NCBI GenBank assembly: GCA_964504305.1 | Contig: CAZDEB010000003.1 | Span: 87,213 to 151,212, forward strand | Length of the DNA: 64,000 nt | From: an uncultured Candidatus Nemicrothrix sp. | Lineage (GTDB): Bacteria > Actinomycetota > Acidimicrobiia > Acidimicrobiales > Aldehydirespiratoraceae | Direction of reading: 5' to 3' | Part shown: positions 31,565 through 40,170 of the stretch, one piece after another | How the letters are laid out: every line of letters starts with the position of its first letter | How positions within the stretch are numbered: the first letter of the stretch is position 1 | The notes under the pieces: model-generated | What the model was told of the DNA's origin: nothing | Seen by the model: only the letters and a program-made list of their open reading frames with translations | Databases searched by the model: none | Program-made: the position numbers and the translations under genes

Positions 31565-32574
31565 TGGTCCTTCTCGTGGTGGCCGCCGAACTCTTTGCGC
31601 ATCGCCGACAACGCCTTGCCGGCGTAGTCGAAGCGGTCGCGACTCGCGAAACGCTCGAACAGAGACGCGGCGATCGTATGGGCCGGGACGCCAACGTCGA
31701 CTGCAGCTTTCACCGTCCAACGACCTTCGCCAGAGTCGCTGACTCGGCCGGCAAAACCGTCGAGGTTGGGGTCGGCGGCATAGGCGTTGGCGGTCAGGTC
31801 GACGAGCCACGAACTGATGACGCTGCCTCGCCGCCAGAGCTCGGCTATCGCGGCAATGTCAAAGTCGTATTGGTAGGCCCGGGGATCGTCGAGAGGGGCG
31901 GTTTCGGCGTCGTTTTGACGGTTGGCGGATCCGATATCTGCCGCATCAAGGATGGCCAACCCTTCACCCATTGCGGCCATCATCCCGTATTCGATACCGT
32001 TGTGAACCATCTTCACGAAATGGCCGGCACCGGCAGGCCCGCAGTGCAGCCAGCCGTGTTCGGCCGGTTGGCGCTCGCCTTCGAGGTTGGCCGTGCGTTC
32101 GACCGAGTCGGTGCCGGGAGAGATGGTGTCGAGCAGCGGAGCCATGGCCGAAACAATTTCGGGTTCTCCGCCGACCATCAGACAGAAGCCCCGTTCGAGG
32201 CCGAAAACGCCCCCGCTGGTACCTATGTCGACGTAGTGCAGGGCGTGTTTGGCCAAAGCGTCGGCCCGGTCGATGTCGTGGCGGTAGAAGGTATTGCCGC
32301 CGTCGATCACCACATCGCCCGGCTCGAGCAGGGGAGTTAGATCGTCGATCACCTGGTCGACAAACGCCGCCGGGATCATGATCCAGATGCGGCGCGGCGC
32401 CGAAGTCTTGGAGACCAGGTCGGCCAAGTCGTCGGCTCCCAACGCTCCTTCGGCCACAAGTTCGTCGACCGCGTCGACGTGTACATCGGTGACAACGCAC
32501 TCGTGTCCGTCGTTCATCAAGCGGCGGACAAGGTTGGCCCCCATTCGACCGAGTCCAACCATTGCAAGCTGCAT
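31561..32574 (-). CDS. gnd: 6-phosphogluconate dehydrogenase (decarboxylating), short Gnd-like form
   Basis: Rossmann MVGLGRMGANLVRRL; ~337 aa. Confidence 0.88.
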   Translation of the reverse strand: MQLAMVGLGRMGANLVRRLMNDGHECVVTDVHVDAVDELVAEGALGADDLADLVSKTSAPRRIWIMIPAAFVDQVIDDLTPLLEPGDVVIDGGNTFYRHDIDRADALAKHALHYVDIGTSGGVFGLERGFCLMVGGEPEIVSAMAPLLDTISPGTDSVERTANLEGERQPAEHGWLHCGPAGAGHFVKMVHNGIEYGMMAAMGEGLAILDAADIGSANRQNDAETAPLDDPRAYQYDFDIAAIAELWRRGSVISSWLVDLTANAYAADPNLDGFAGRVSDSGEGRWTVKAAVDVGVPAHTIAASLFERFASRDRFDYAGKALSAMRKEFGGHHEKDQ

Positions 32575-32606
32575 CTGTGTGCCTTCCGAACGGGGGAGTT
32601 GAGTGG

Positions 32607-33833
32607 CTACTCCCGTTGAGTGCCAACCTTAAGGTCTTTGAACGGCACACCCTTGTCGACGCTGATGTCGCGGGGGAGTCCCAGGACCCGATCGCCGATG
32701 ATATTGCGTTGAATCTCGTTGGTTCCGCCGGCGATGCCGGCTTGTAGCCCGGTGAGAGCGGTGCGGGCCCAGCCGCCGCCGGTCGAGCCTTCCCAAGCAA
32801 CGCTGTCGGCGCCCACGATTTCCATTGAGAGGTCGCGAGCGAAGTTCATGTTGTTGGTGCTGATCAACTTCCCGAGCGACCCGCCGGGACCCGGGGTTTT
32901 GCCGGCTTGGAGTTCGGCGCGTGTTCGCATCGAGATCAGCGACGCCGTTGTTTCCAGGGTGTAGAGCTTCATCAGGCCATCTCGAATTACCGGATCGTCG
33001 GCCTTGCCCAGCTTTTTGGCCTCGGCGATCAATTGGTCGGCCCGTTCGTGTCGGATGCCTCCAACCGCACCGGCGCCGATGGCGACCCGTTCGTACATGA
33101 GCATGGCGGTCGCCATGTTCCAGCCGTTGTTCAACTCGCCCAGCAGGTTCGCGGCGGGAATCTCGACGTCGGTGAAGAACACTTCGTTGAAGTGCATGCC
33201 CCCGTCGATTTGGTGGATCGGCCGGATCTCGACGCCGGGGATGTCCATCGGAACGATGAACATCGAGATGCCGGCGTGTTTGGCAACTTCGGGGTTGGTG
33301 CGGGCAATGACCACGCCGTAGTCCGAGACGTGGGCGAGTGTGGTCCAGACCTTTTGGCCGTTGATGATCCACGTGTCGCCGTCGCGTTCGGCTTTGGTTT
33401 GCAAACTGGCTACGTCCGAGCCGGCGCCCGGCTCAGAAAACATCTGGCACCACACGGTCTTGGCGCTGATGTTGTCGGCGAGGTAAGCCGCTTTTTGTTC
33501 GGGCGTGCCGTACTCGTTGAGCATGGGCAGACACATGCCATGGGAGATCGTGAGCTCGAATGTCATGTTGGGGTACGTGCCGTACTCTTCGCGCCAGATG
33601 CGTTCGTGGTCTTTGGTGAGTCCTTGCCCGCCGTACTCGACGGGATAGGTGAGGCCCGCCAGTTCGGCATCGACCAGAGCGGCTTGGAACGCCTTGCCAT
33701 ATTCGAGGCGGCGGGACCCGCGAGGGTCGGCGTCGCCGCTCATGTTCATTCCCGTGGCGTGCTCGTCGAGGAAAGCTTTGCACCGGGCGCGGAACTCGTC
33801 GGTTTCGGTCGGGGAAAGAGCAGGTGTGGACAT
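32607..33833 (-). CDS. acyl-CoA dehydrogenase family protein
   Basis: ACAD pattern (WCQMFSEPGAGSD..., GGTNEIQRNIIG). Confidence 0.9.
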   Translation of the reverse strand: MSTPALSPTETDEFRARCKAFLDEHATGMNMSGDADPRGSRRLEYGKAFQAALVDAELAGLTYPVEYGGQGLTKDHERIWREEYGTYPNMTFELTISHGMCLPMLNEYGTPEQKAAYLADNISAKTVWCQMFSEPGAGSDVASLQTKAERDGDTWIINGQKVWTTLAHVSDYGVVIARTNPEVAKHAGISMFIVPMDIPGVEIRPIHQIDGGMHFNEVFFTDVEIPAANLLGELNNGWNMATAMLMYERVAIGAGAVGGIRHERADQLIAEAKKLGKADDPVIRDGLMKLYTLETTASLISMRTRAELQAGKTPGPGGSLGKLISTNNMNFARDLSMEIVGADSVAWEGSTGGGWARTALTGLQAGIAGGTNEIQRNIIGDRVLGLPRDISVDKGVPFKDLKVGTQRE

Positions 33834-33893
33834 CGGTTTCCTACAAGTTAGTGATCGTTTACATCGTAGTGAGGTCGAGTGCCGACTGGCGAT

Positions 33894-35093
33894 CTAGGCC
33901 GCGGGCGGCTCGCCGCATTCGGCGCAATGGATGTCCTCGATTGGTTCGTTGTTGATGAACGCGGTCAGCCAGTCAACGAACCGGGCACCGTCGACGTTGA
34001 GGTCGTAGAACTCTTCCTGGAGGTCGATGGTGTGGTTGTTGCCCGCGGCGATGTAGGTCGGCAGGTCGATGCCGGCCGCCTCGATGTAAGTTTCGCTTTC
34101 GGTCAAAACATCAAGAACGGTGCCGCCGCCGCTAAGGCTGAACAGCGCGGCAAACCCGGTCTGGGTCGCGTCGTAAGCGTGGTCGAATCGGGCCAGGCGA
34201 AGGTTGTCGAACTGGTTGCCCGAGATGATGTAGTTGTCGGGGGCACCGAGCGTCGTGACGTCGATACCTTGGGTCGATGGCCATTCGGGGATTCCATCGG
34301 CGATCCCCCACTGGGTGTTCAAGAAGCCCATGATCGCAGGGTTGGAGCCGTAGCCACCAGCCCCGTCACCCATGGCCAAGACGTCGGCATCGGGGTAGTG
34401 CTCGGCTACCAGCCCGCCGATTATTGGCGTGGGAACCCCACCGGCCGATGACCCGGTCACGAAGATTTGCGAGGCGTCGGGGAACGTTTCGAACAGGTAA
34501 TCAACGCCCTTTTGGGCGTTGATTGCACCGGTGTGGTTGATCACTATGTCGGGGGTGTACTCGTTGGTTCGTGTCCCCAAGAAGACGTCACCGGTGCAGT
34601 ACGGCAAGTAGATGATGCTCCAGTCGGCGATTGGGTTCTCGGTGTTTTCGAAATCGAACAGGCCGAACCCGTTGTTCCCGGCTTCGGCAAATTCGATGTC
34701 GGCGGAGATGTTCGGTGAGTACGACTGGGCCGCTCCACCGACTTCGCAGGTTTCGGCGGTGAAACAGGCCCCGCCTGCTTGCAGGAACACCATCACCTTG
34801 TTCGGGTCGCCGGCCTTGGTCATGAATTTGTAGTCCGACCCGTCAGCACACATGCAGCCGGGTGCGTCGTGGATTTGCCAGTCGACCGCCCTCGCCGGCG
34901 CGGCGGTTGTGGTGGTGGGCGCTTGGGTTGTTGGTGCGGCCGTGGTGGCGGGTGCGGCCGTGGTTGTGGTGGCCACGGTTGTGCTGCTCGTTGATCCGGC
35001 ATCGGTGGTTGATTCGGTAGTGCTGCCGCACGCCGCAGCAACGAGGGTCAAGACAACGATGAAGGGTGCAAGTTTGCGCAAGGGGTTCTCCAT
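33894..35093 (-). CDS. secreted lipoprotein, pectin-acetylesterase (PAE/Notum-like) family hydrolase
   Basis: Start at ATG 35093 (MENPLRKLAPFIVVLTLVAAAC|GS). Thr/Ala/Pro linker, then LQAGGACFTAETC, YLPYCTGDVFLG and nucleophile elbow TGSSAGG. Confidence 0.7.
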   Translation of the reverse strand: MENPLRKLAPFIVVLTLVAAACGSTTESTTDAGSTSSTTVATTTTAAPATTAAPTTQAPTTTTAAPARAVDWQIHDAPGCMCADGSDYKFMTKAGDPNKVMVFLQAGGACFTAETCEVGGAAQSYSPNISADIEFAEAGNNGFGLFDFENTENPIADWSIIYLPYCTGDVFLGTRTNEYTPDIVINHTGAINAQKGVDYLFETFPDASQIFVTGSSAGGVPTPIIGGLVAEHYPDADVLAMGDGAGGYGSNPAIMGFLNTQWGIADGIPEWPSTQGIDVTTLGAPDNYIISGNQFDNLRLARFDHAYDATQTGFAALFSLSGGGTVLDVLTESETYIEAAGIDLPTYIAAGNNHTIDLQEEFYDLNVDGARFVDWLTAFINNEPIEDIHCAECGEPPAA

Positions 35094-35196
35094 GAGGGTG
35101 TGCCAAGACGTTAGTGGCACGGGTCGATCCCGGCTAAATGCCGTCAGATCAGGGTCCATGGTTCGTCGCGAATCCACGCAAACATTTCTCGTCGGG

Positions 35197-35988
35197 TCAC
35201 GAAGCAACCGCGGTCAGCCCGACCCCTTGGGCGTTCAACAATGTGAGGTTCGGGCCGGTGATCGAGATTGATACTTCGGCGGTATCGAAGAGCCGGTTGA
35301 ACTCGGTGGAGTAATCGACATTGTTGCAGTTGTCGGGCCCCGAAGAAGAGTTGTTGTTGCTCATCTGGAACTCCAACGAATTGATGCCGAGGCTCGCGGA
35401 GATAACAAACTCGTGGCAGCCATCGAATCCGGTCATCGTGGCGTCGTCGGCGAAGGTGAACCATCCGGGATTGTCGATAGCGAACGACATGGATGCCTGA
35501 GGGTTTTGAAAGCCGGTCACTTCCCAGCGAGTGCCGATGAGGTCCCGGTCGGGGTCAGCGATCCGGCGATTGAGCAGCGTGATCGTGGTGGTGGCAGTGG
35601 CCATTGTGAGTTTGTCCCCAACGAGGCTGATACTGGGATGGGCCGACAAAAAGTCGATCACAAATTGGTCCTGGGCGTGGCGGTCGGGGTCACAACCCAT
35701 TTCGGTGATGCCGAACTCGTTGGCCACGAGGGTGCCATCAACAATCTGGTAAGGCCCGCCTCCGCTGTTGCACCCAGCATTGAAGTCGAGGTTGCCCTCA
35801 ACAAATCGAAGGACGATGTTTGTGCCGGTAACGAGTGGGCGATCGGCGCCCTCGTCGAGAACACTTGTCGACCAGAACTCTTGACCTTCGAGTTGGTCAG
35901 GCTCGTAGGTGGTGGTTGTGCTGTCACCGCAAGCGGCTCCAAACAAGCCAAGAATGACGAGTAGAGCGAACAGTGTGCGAAAGGTCAT
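35197..35988 (-). CDS. lipoprotein with two META (HslJ-like) domains
   Basis: Signal plus GLFGAAC|GDS. Two copies of the META pattern (LRFVEGNLDFNAGCNSGGGPY...; FTFADDATMTGFDGCHEF...). Confidence 0.7.
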   Translation of the reverse strand: MTFRTLFALLVILGLFGAACGDSTTTTYEPDQLEGQEFWSTSVLDEGADRPLVTGTNIVLRFVEGNLDFNAGCNSGGGPYQIVDGTLVANEFGITEMGCDPDRHAQDQFVIDFLSAHPSISLVGDKLTMATATTTITLLNRRIADPDRDLIGTRWEVTGFQNPQASMSFAIDNPGWFTFADDATMTGFDGCHEFVISASLGINSLEFQMSNNNSSSGPDNCNNVDYSTEFNRLFDTAEVSISITGPNLTLLNAQGVGLTAVAS

Positions 35989-36061
35989 AACACTGTGACG
36001 CTAGGCGAGGAGTTCTGGTTCCCGCCGGGCCCGGTTCTCGCTGAGCCCTAAAACGACGGTT

Positions 36062-36082
36062 GGCCCGAGCAATGCTCGGGCC
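36062..36082 (-). terminator. perfect 9-bp GC-rich hairpin downstream of ssrA
   Basis: GGCCCGAGC-AAT-GCTCGGGCC lies 21 nt past the tmRNA 3' end. On the minus strand it is followed by ...CGUCGUUUUAGG. Confidence 0.5.
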
Positions 36083-36102
36083 AACTTGAATGCACATCAG
36101 TG

Positions 36103-36504
36103 TGGAGCTGGAGGGAATCGAACCCTCGTCCGTCAGGTGGTCACCTGACGCGCTACGACCGTTCCCGTGGTGTCTGGCTCAGCGGCCGCCAGATTGCCGG
36201 GTCAAATGGACCGAAGTCCAGCCGCCGGATCTTTCTCCGATGTCAGCGGTCTTTGCCGGCTGTCAGTGGTCTTTCCCTACCGTCCACCACCGCTTCTGGT
36301 GACAGGCTGCGATGGTCAGGCCCCGCGTGGCATTGCTGCTCGCGATGACTCTCTACTGAGTTTTCTAGTTCAGAGAACTAAATCAGGCAGCGAGAGTGAG
36401 ATCGTCCGTATTGGCGTCTCTGTGTTTGCCCTGTTTAAGGAGTCTGAGCAACTCCGGTCGCACGTCAAAGCATCCTGGTCCCAACGTCGAAACCGATCAG
36501 CCCC
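36103..36504 (-). ncRNA. ssrA: tmRNA (SsrA)
   Basis: The minus strand reads GGGGCTGATCGGTTTCGAC... at the 5' end and ...GAGGGTTCGATTCCCTCCAGCTCCA at the 3' end. The acceptor stem has a G3:U70 pair and the T-loop is UUCGAUU. The tag reading frame ends ...GAC GAT CTC ACT CTC GCT GCC TGA (..DDLTLAA*, 36383..36415 or longer). Confidence 0.9.
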
Positions 36505-36659
36505 TTGTGCCGTCTATTGTCAAGGTGCGGCGACGGGCAAGCCCGTCACTGACCATGGTACCGCTCTGGCGTGACGCTGTCTCCCCCCACCCCGACAGAC
36601 GGCGAGTCGATGCATGGCCAGATCCGACGACTTACGGTGTAGTGGGCTAGCGTCTGGCC

Positions 36660-37940
36660 ATGACTGATACGGCAGCGGACAAAACCGGCGCAGTTCCTGA
36701 GGTAACCGAGGAGACATGGGCCGAGGGCGGGCCGGTCGAGGACTGGACTACCGACTACGACATTCGGGATCAGGCCTATATCGAGGACCCGGTTCCGATT
36801 TGGGCCGAGATGCGCGAAAAGTGTCCGATTGCTCATACCGACCGCCTCGGAGGGTCTTGGAACCCGACCCGATTCGACGATGTGCGGGCCATGGCCAAGC
36901 TTGTGCCCGAGCTGTCGTCGCGTCAGGTGTTGGTGATGCCCCCTCCGCCGGGTGCGCCCGAAATGTCGCGTTACGAACAAGAGATCGCCGCCGCTCCGAT
37001 CACCGCTGATCCACCTATCCATTCTTGGACTCGCCGCATGCTGTTGCCGGCCTTTGCTCCCAAGAAAGTCACGCAGTACACCGAGTACACCGAACAGCTT
37101 TGCCACGACCTCATCGATGGTTTCATCGACGCCGGACAGTGTGACGGAGCGGTCGACTACTCCCAGCAGATTCCCCCTCGGGTCATCGCTCACATGATCG
37201 GGATCGACCCGGGAATGGCTGATCAGTTTGTGATCTGGGTCAACGGCGTGCTGGGCGAGGGTCTTCACGAACCCGAGCTGCGGCTGCGTACGCGCGACGA
37301 ATTGCTGGGTTTTATTGGCAACGAAGTGCAGGCTCGCGCCGAGGACCCCAAGGACGATCTGCTCACCGAGTTGTTGTTCATGGAACTCGATCATCCCGAG
37401 GCCAACATCACACCCGCAGTGGTGGTTGGTATAACCAACTTGTTGATCGTTGCCGGCATCGACACCACCTGGAGCTCGATCGGCTCGGCGCTGTGGCATC
37501 TCGGCACCACCCCGTCGGACCTCGAACGGTTGCGTACCGATCCCGACCTGCTTCCGGTCGCGGTCGAGGAGTTCCTACGTTTCTACGCGCCGGTCACCAT
37601 GGCGCGCATTGCCGACGTTGATGTCCAGGTCGGCGACGCATGTATCCATGCCGGCGACAAGGTCTTGATGAACTTCCCGGCCGCCAACCACGATCCGGAA
37701 CACTTCGAGGATCCCGACACGTTCATTATCGATCGGGCCCGCAATCGCCATGTTGCGTTTGGTTCCGGGATTCATCGTTGCGCCGGCTCCAACCTGGCCC
37801 GCCTCGAGATGACCACCGCTCTCAAGGTATGGATCGAGCGCATCCCCAACTTCTGGGTCGACGACCGCGAGCCGATGAAATGGGCCGGTGGTCAGGTCCG
37901 TGGTCCGCGCGTTATGCCGATGTCGTTTGTCGCGAGCTAG
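36660..37940 (+). CDS. cytochrome P450
   Basis: Heme-thiolate loop FGSGIHRCAGSNLA, ExxR (VEEFLRF) and I-helix-like AGIDTT. Confidence 0.93.
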   Translation: MTDTAADKTGAVPEVTEETWAEGGPVEDWTTDYDIRDQAYIEDPVPIWAEMREKCPIAHTDRLGGSWNPTRFDDVRAMAKLVPELSSRQVLVMPPPPGAPEMSRYEQEIAAAPITADPPIHSWTRRMLLPAFAPKKVTQYTEYTEQLCHDLIDGFIDAGQCDGAVDYSQQIPPRVIAHMIGIDPGMADQFVIWVNGVLGEGLHEPELRLRTRDELLGFIGNEVQARAEDPKDDLLTELLFMELDHPEANITPAVVVGITNLLIVAGIDTTWSSIGSALWHLGTTPSDLERLRTDPDLLPVAVEEFLRFYAPVTMARIADVDVQVGDACIHAGDKVLMNFPAANHDPEHFEDPDTFIIDRARNRHVAFGSGIHRCAGSNLARLEMTTALKVWIERIPNFWVDDREPMKWAGGQVRGPRVMPMSFVAS

Positions 37941-38434
37941 TAGCGTTTGGCCGAACGGCCCGCCGCTCGCTGCGTTTCGCGTTCGGCGTCGCGTTTGGCG
38001 ATGTCTTGACGGCGGTCGTGTTGTTTCTTGCCTCGGGCCAGAGCAAGGTCGACTTTGGCCCGGCCGCCTTTGAAGTAGATGGCCAGCGGGATCAGAGCCA
38101 GTTTTTCGCGGTCGACTCGGCTGCTCCACCGTTCGAGTTCGGCTCGGTGCACCAGCAGTTTCTTGCGCCGGTCGGTGTCGTGGGCGAACGCCGCGGCCGA
38201 ATGCGAATAGGCCGAGATGTGTAAACCTTGAAGCCATAGTTCGCCTTGGTAGAAGATGGCGTAGGCCTCTTGGAGCTGCACTTTGCTTTCGCGCAGCGAT
38301 TTGACTTCGCTTCCCCTCAACACGATTCCGCATTCGAGATTGTCGAGGATGTCGTAGTCGCGGCGCGCCACACGGTTGGTCGCTACTGCGACCGCTCCTG
38401 CCGGGATGTCACGCTTCTTTTGCGACTTGGCCAT
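37937..38434 (-). CDS. smpB: SsrA-binding protein SmpB
   Basis: NRVARRDYDILDNLECGIVLRGSEVKSLRE... is canonical SmpB. Start set at ATG 38434 (MAKSQKK). Confidence 0.93.
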   Translation of the reverse strand: MAKSQKKRDIPAGAVAVATNRVARRDYDILDNLECGIVLRGSEVKSLRESKVQLQEAYAIFYQGELWLQGLHISAYSHSAAAFAHDTDRRKKLLVHRAELERWSSRVDREKLALIPLAIYFKGGRAKVDLALARGKKQHDRRQDIAKRDAERETQRAAGRSAKRY

Positions 38435-38472
38435 GACCGGCCACGGTACCGGGTCACCGGTAGCGTGCGCGT

Positions 38473-38874
38473 GTGATTTCGATCGCTCCAACCGCTCGCT
38501 CCAACTTGGTCGATCATTGTCGAGCCGAGCTGCCCAACGAGGCGTGCGGTCTGCTCATCGGGAACGCCGAGGACCAACGCATTGATCGTTTCGTGCCGCT
38601 GACCAACGTGGCTGCCTCACCCACCCGATTTGTGTTCGACGGGGCCGAGCAGCTCGCGGCCGAACGCCACGCGGAAGACGCCGGCCAGACAATTGTGGGA
38701 GTCGCTCACTCGCACCCCGAGGGCGACAACGCGCCGTCGGCGGTCGACGTTGGTGATGCCAAACGTTTCGACCCGTTCGGGGTGTGGTGGCATCTGGTGG
38801 TTTCGCCCCGGTCGGGTTCGGTGCGGGCGTTTCGGATCGGCCCCGAAACCGTGGTCGAGTTGGACCTGGCTTAG
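38473..38874 (+). CDS. stand-alone JAMM/MPN-family (M67) metalloprotease
   Basis: Catalytic Glu context NEACGLLIG and JAMM motif HSHPEGDNAPSAVD (HxHx7Sx2D); 133 aa. Confidence 0.85.
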   Translation: MISIAPTARSNLVDHCRAELPNEACGLLIGNAEDQRIDRFVPLTNVAASPTRFVFDGAEQLAAERHAEDAGQTIVGVAHSHPEGDNAPSAVDVGDAKRFDPFGVWWHLVVSPRSGSVRAFRIGPETVVELDLA

Positions 38875-39311
38875 CCGAGAACCGTCGCCGATCGAGTCCG
38901 GGTGATGGTGGTCGAGCTGAGGTTGCCCGGCAGCGCGGGGGCGATGATGAAATCGACCCGAAGCTGAAGGGTCACGGTCACCACCGGTGGTTGACCGGAC
39001 GCTTGGGCGATATCTACGGCTATAACGCGGGCCGATGGCAGCTCGCTCAAGGCAACCGAGTCGGCGACGATCGTTTGAGCACGGCTCGGGTTGATCGCGA
39101 TCGAGCCGTTGTTTCGGAGGGCGGCGATGTCGAGCGCGGCGAGCGCGTCGTTGGCCGCCGACGACGCAACCGCGTCGAGTTCGCGCCCCCGCACCTGGCT
39201 TAGCGAGATGTCGATGGTGATGGCGCCGAGAATTACCATGATCAACATGGCGGCCGGAAACAACAACAGCACCGTTCCCCGCTCGTTCGCGGGCCCTGGT
39301 TGGGCTAGCAC
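38871..39311 (-). CDS. TadG/TadE-like pseudopilin (Tad_N-type N-terminus)
   Basis: NERGTVLLLFPAAMLIMVILGAITIDISL. Last gene of the tad operon. The GTG start overlaps the upstream gene by 7 nt. Confidence 0.7.
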   Translation of the reverse strand: MLAQPGPANERGTVLLLFPAAMLIMVILGAITIDISLSQVRGRELDAVASSAANDALAALDIAALRNNGSIAINPSRAQTIVADSVALSELPSARVIAVDIAQASGQPPVVTVTLQLRVDFIIAPALPGNLSSTTITRTRSATVLG

Positions 39312-39766
39312 TGGGCTGGTCCTGGAAGGCCGCTACGGAACGGGTCGATGAGTTCGGTGTGGGTTGATTGCACCGCGGCGAGTTGTCCAAAGCCGCCGAG
39401 GAAGGGGATGGCCAGGGCGGGCACTTGGTAGCTGACGGTGATCCGTACGCGTCCGCACCGGGAGAAACCGGTAGGCAGAACCGGGTCCGCGATAGTCGAG
39501 CGTGGCCCGCCGCGCCCGTACGAGTCGAGCGATTCGGTGGCCCGCAGTCGGGCCGTGGCGACGCCGGTGGCGATATCGGGGGCTTCGACGAACGCACGAG
39601 TTGCTTCGCGGGCCGCGCTTGTGACGGCGAGCTTGGCGTCGATTACTCCCCAGACGTTGGCGAACAGCAAGGTCACGGCGACAAAGATCAAAAAGCCGAA
39701 CGGCAACACTTCGATCCCGCCGACTTGGCCGCCGTCGCCCTTGCACGGTCGAGCGATCATCGCCAT
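39305..39766 (-). CDS. TadE-like pseudopilin
   Basis: GGIEVLPFGFLIFVAVTLLF resembles the TadE N-terminal motif. ATG 39766, or ATG 39760 as an ATGA overlap. Confidence 0.7.
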   Translation of the reverse strand: MAMIARPCKGDGGQVGGIEVLPFGFLIFVAVTLLFANVWGVIDAKLAVTSAAREATRAFVEAPDIATGVATARLRATESLDSYGRGGPRSTIADPVLPTGFSRCGRVRITVSYQVPALAIPFLGGFGQLAAVQSTHTELIDPFRSGLPGPAQC

Positions 39767-40170
39767 CCCTCGACCCGGACAACGATCGTGCGATCAAGGT
39801 GTCCCAGCGACAAGAGCCCGGCCATTCGTGGCGGAAGAATCGTTGGATGGTTGGCGACGATCCGAACCGATACGGCATCGGGATCGGTGCAAGTCCATTC
39901 GAGCTGTGCGTATCCGGCCCGTCCGTATTGGCCGAGGGTTTCGACGAACAACCCATCGGCCGCGGCCGTGGCGCCGCACCGGTCGGCGGACGCGTTGTAA
40001 CCGGCGACGGTGGTCGCTGCTTCTCGAGCCGCGGACGTGACCATCGATGTGGCGTACAGGTTGAAGAGGATTTGCACGGCCGCGATCATCAACAGCAAGA
40101 ACACGAGGAAGGCCGCGCTGAGGCCGACCATCCCGGTGCCTCGGTCGCCGATGAGACGAGGGTGACTCAC
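39757..40170 (-). CDS. TadE/G-like pseudopilin
   Basis: DRGTGMVGLSAAFLVFLLLMIAAVQILF. GTG 40170 overlaps the pilin TGA (GTGA). Confidence 0.65.
   Translation of the reverse strand: MSHPRLIGDRGTGMVGLSAAFLVFLLLMIAAVQILFNLYATSMVTSAAREAATTVAGYNASADRCGATAAADGLFVETLGQYGRAGYAQLEWTCTDPDAVSVRIVANHPTILPPRMAGLLSLGHLDRTIVVRVEGWR

Noticed and set aside
30191-31810. Long N-terminal extensions on several listed ORFs: zwf 539 aa, prfB from 19823, crotonase from 14464, GT2 from 6907, pgl from 30326, smpB from 38491 and mreB from 52750.
   Set aside because: The extensions are Arg/Pro-rich, overlap upstream genes and precede well-conserved N-termini. In-frame starts with ATGA/GTGA overlaps or SD sequences give protein lengths typical of each family.
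22980-36103. A genomic island integrated at the 3' end of ssrA. About 13 kb separates ftsX from ssrA, breaking the usual ftsEX-smpB-ssrA synteny, and the tmRNA 3' end faces this block.
   Set aside because: There is no integrase, no recombinase and no visible direct repeat of the tmRNA 3' end at the far boundary (22980-23000). The block's composition looks native, and it contains core genes (zwf, gnd, pgl, acyl-CoA dehydrogenases). An old rearrangement or inversion is more likely than a mobile island.
36518-36523. A perfect TTGACA hexamer on the minus strand just upstream of the tmRNA, considered as its -35 element.
   Set aside because: It ends only 13 nt before the mature 5' G (36504). A matching -10 element and transcription start would therefore fall inside the mature RNA. 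The real promoter must lie further upstream and cannot be assigned by eye.
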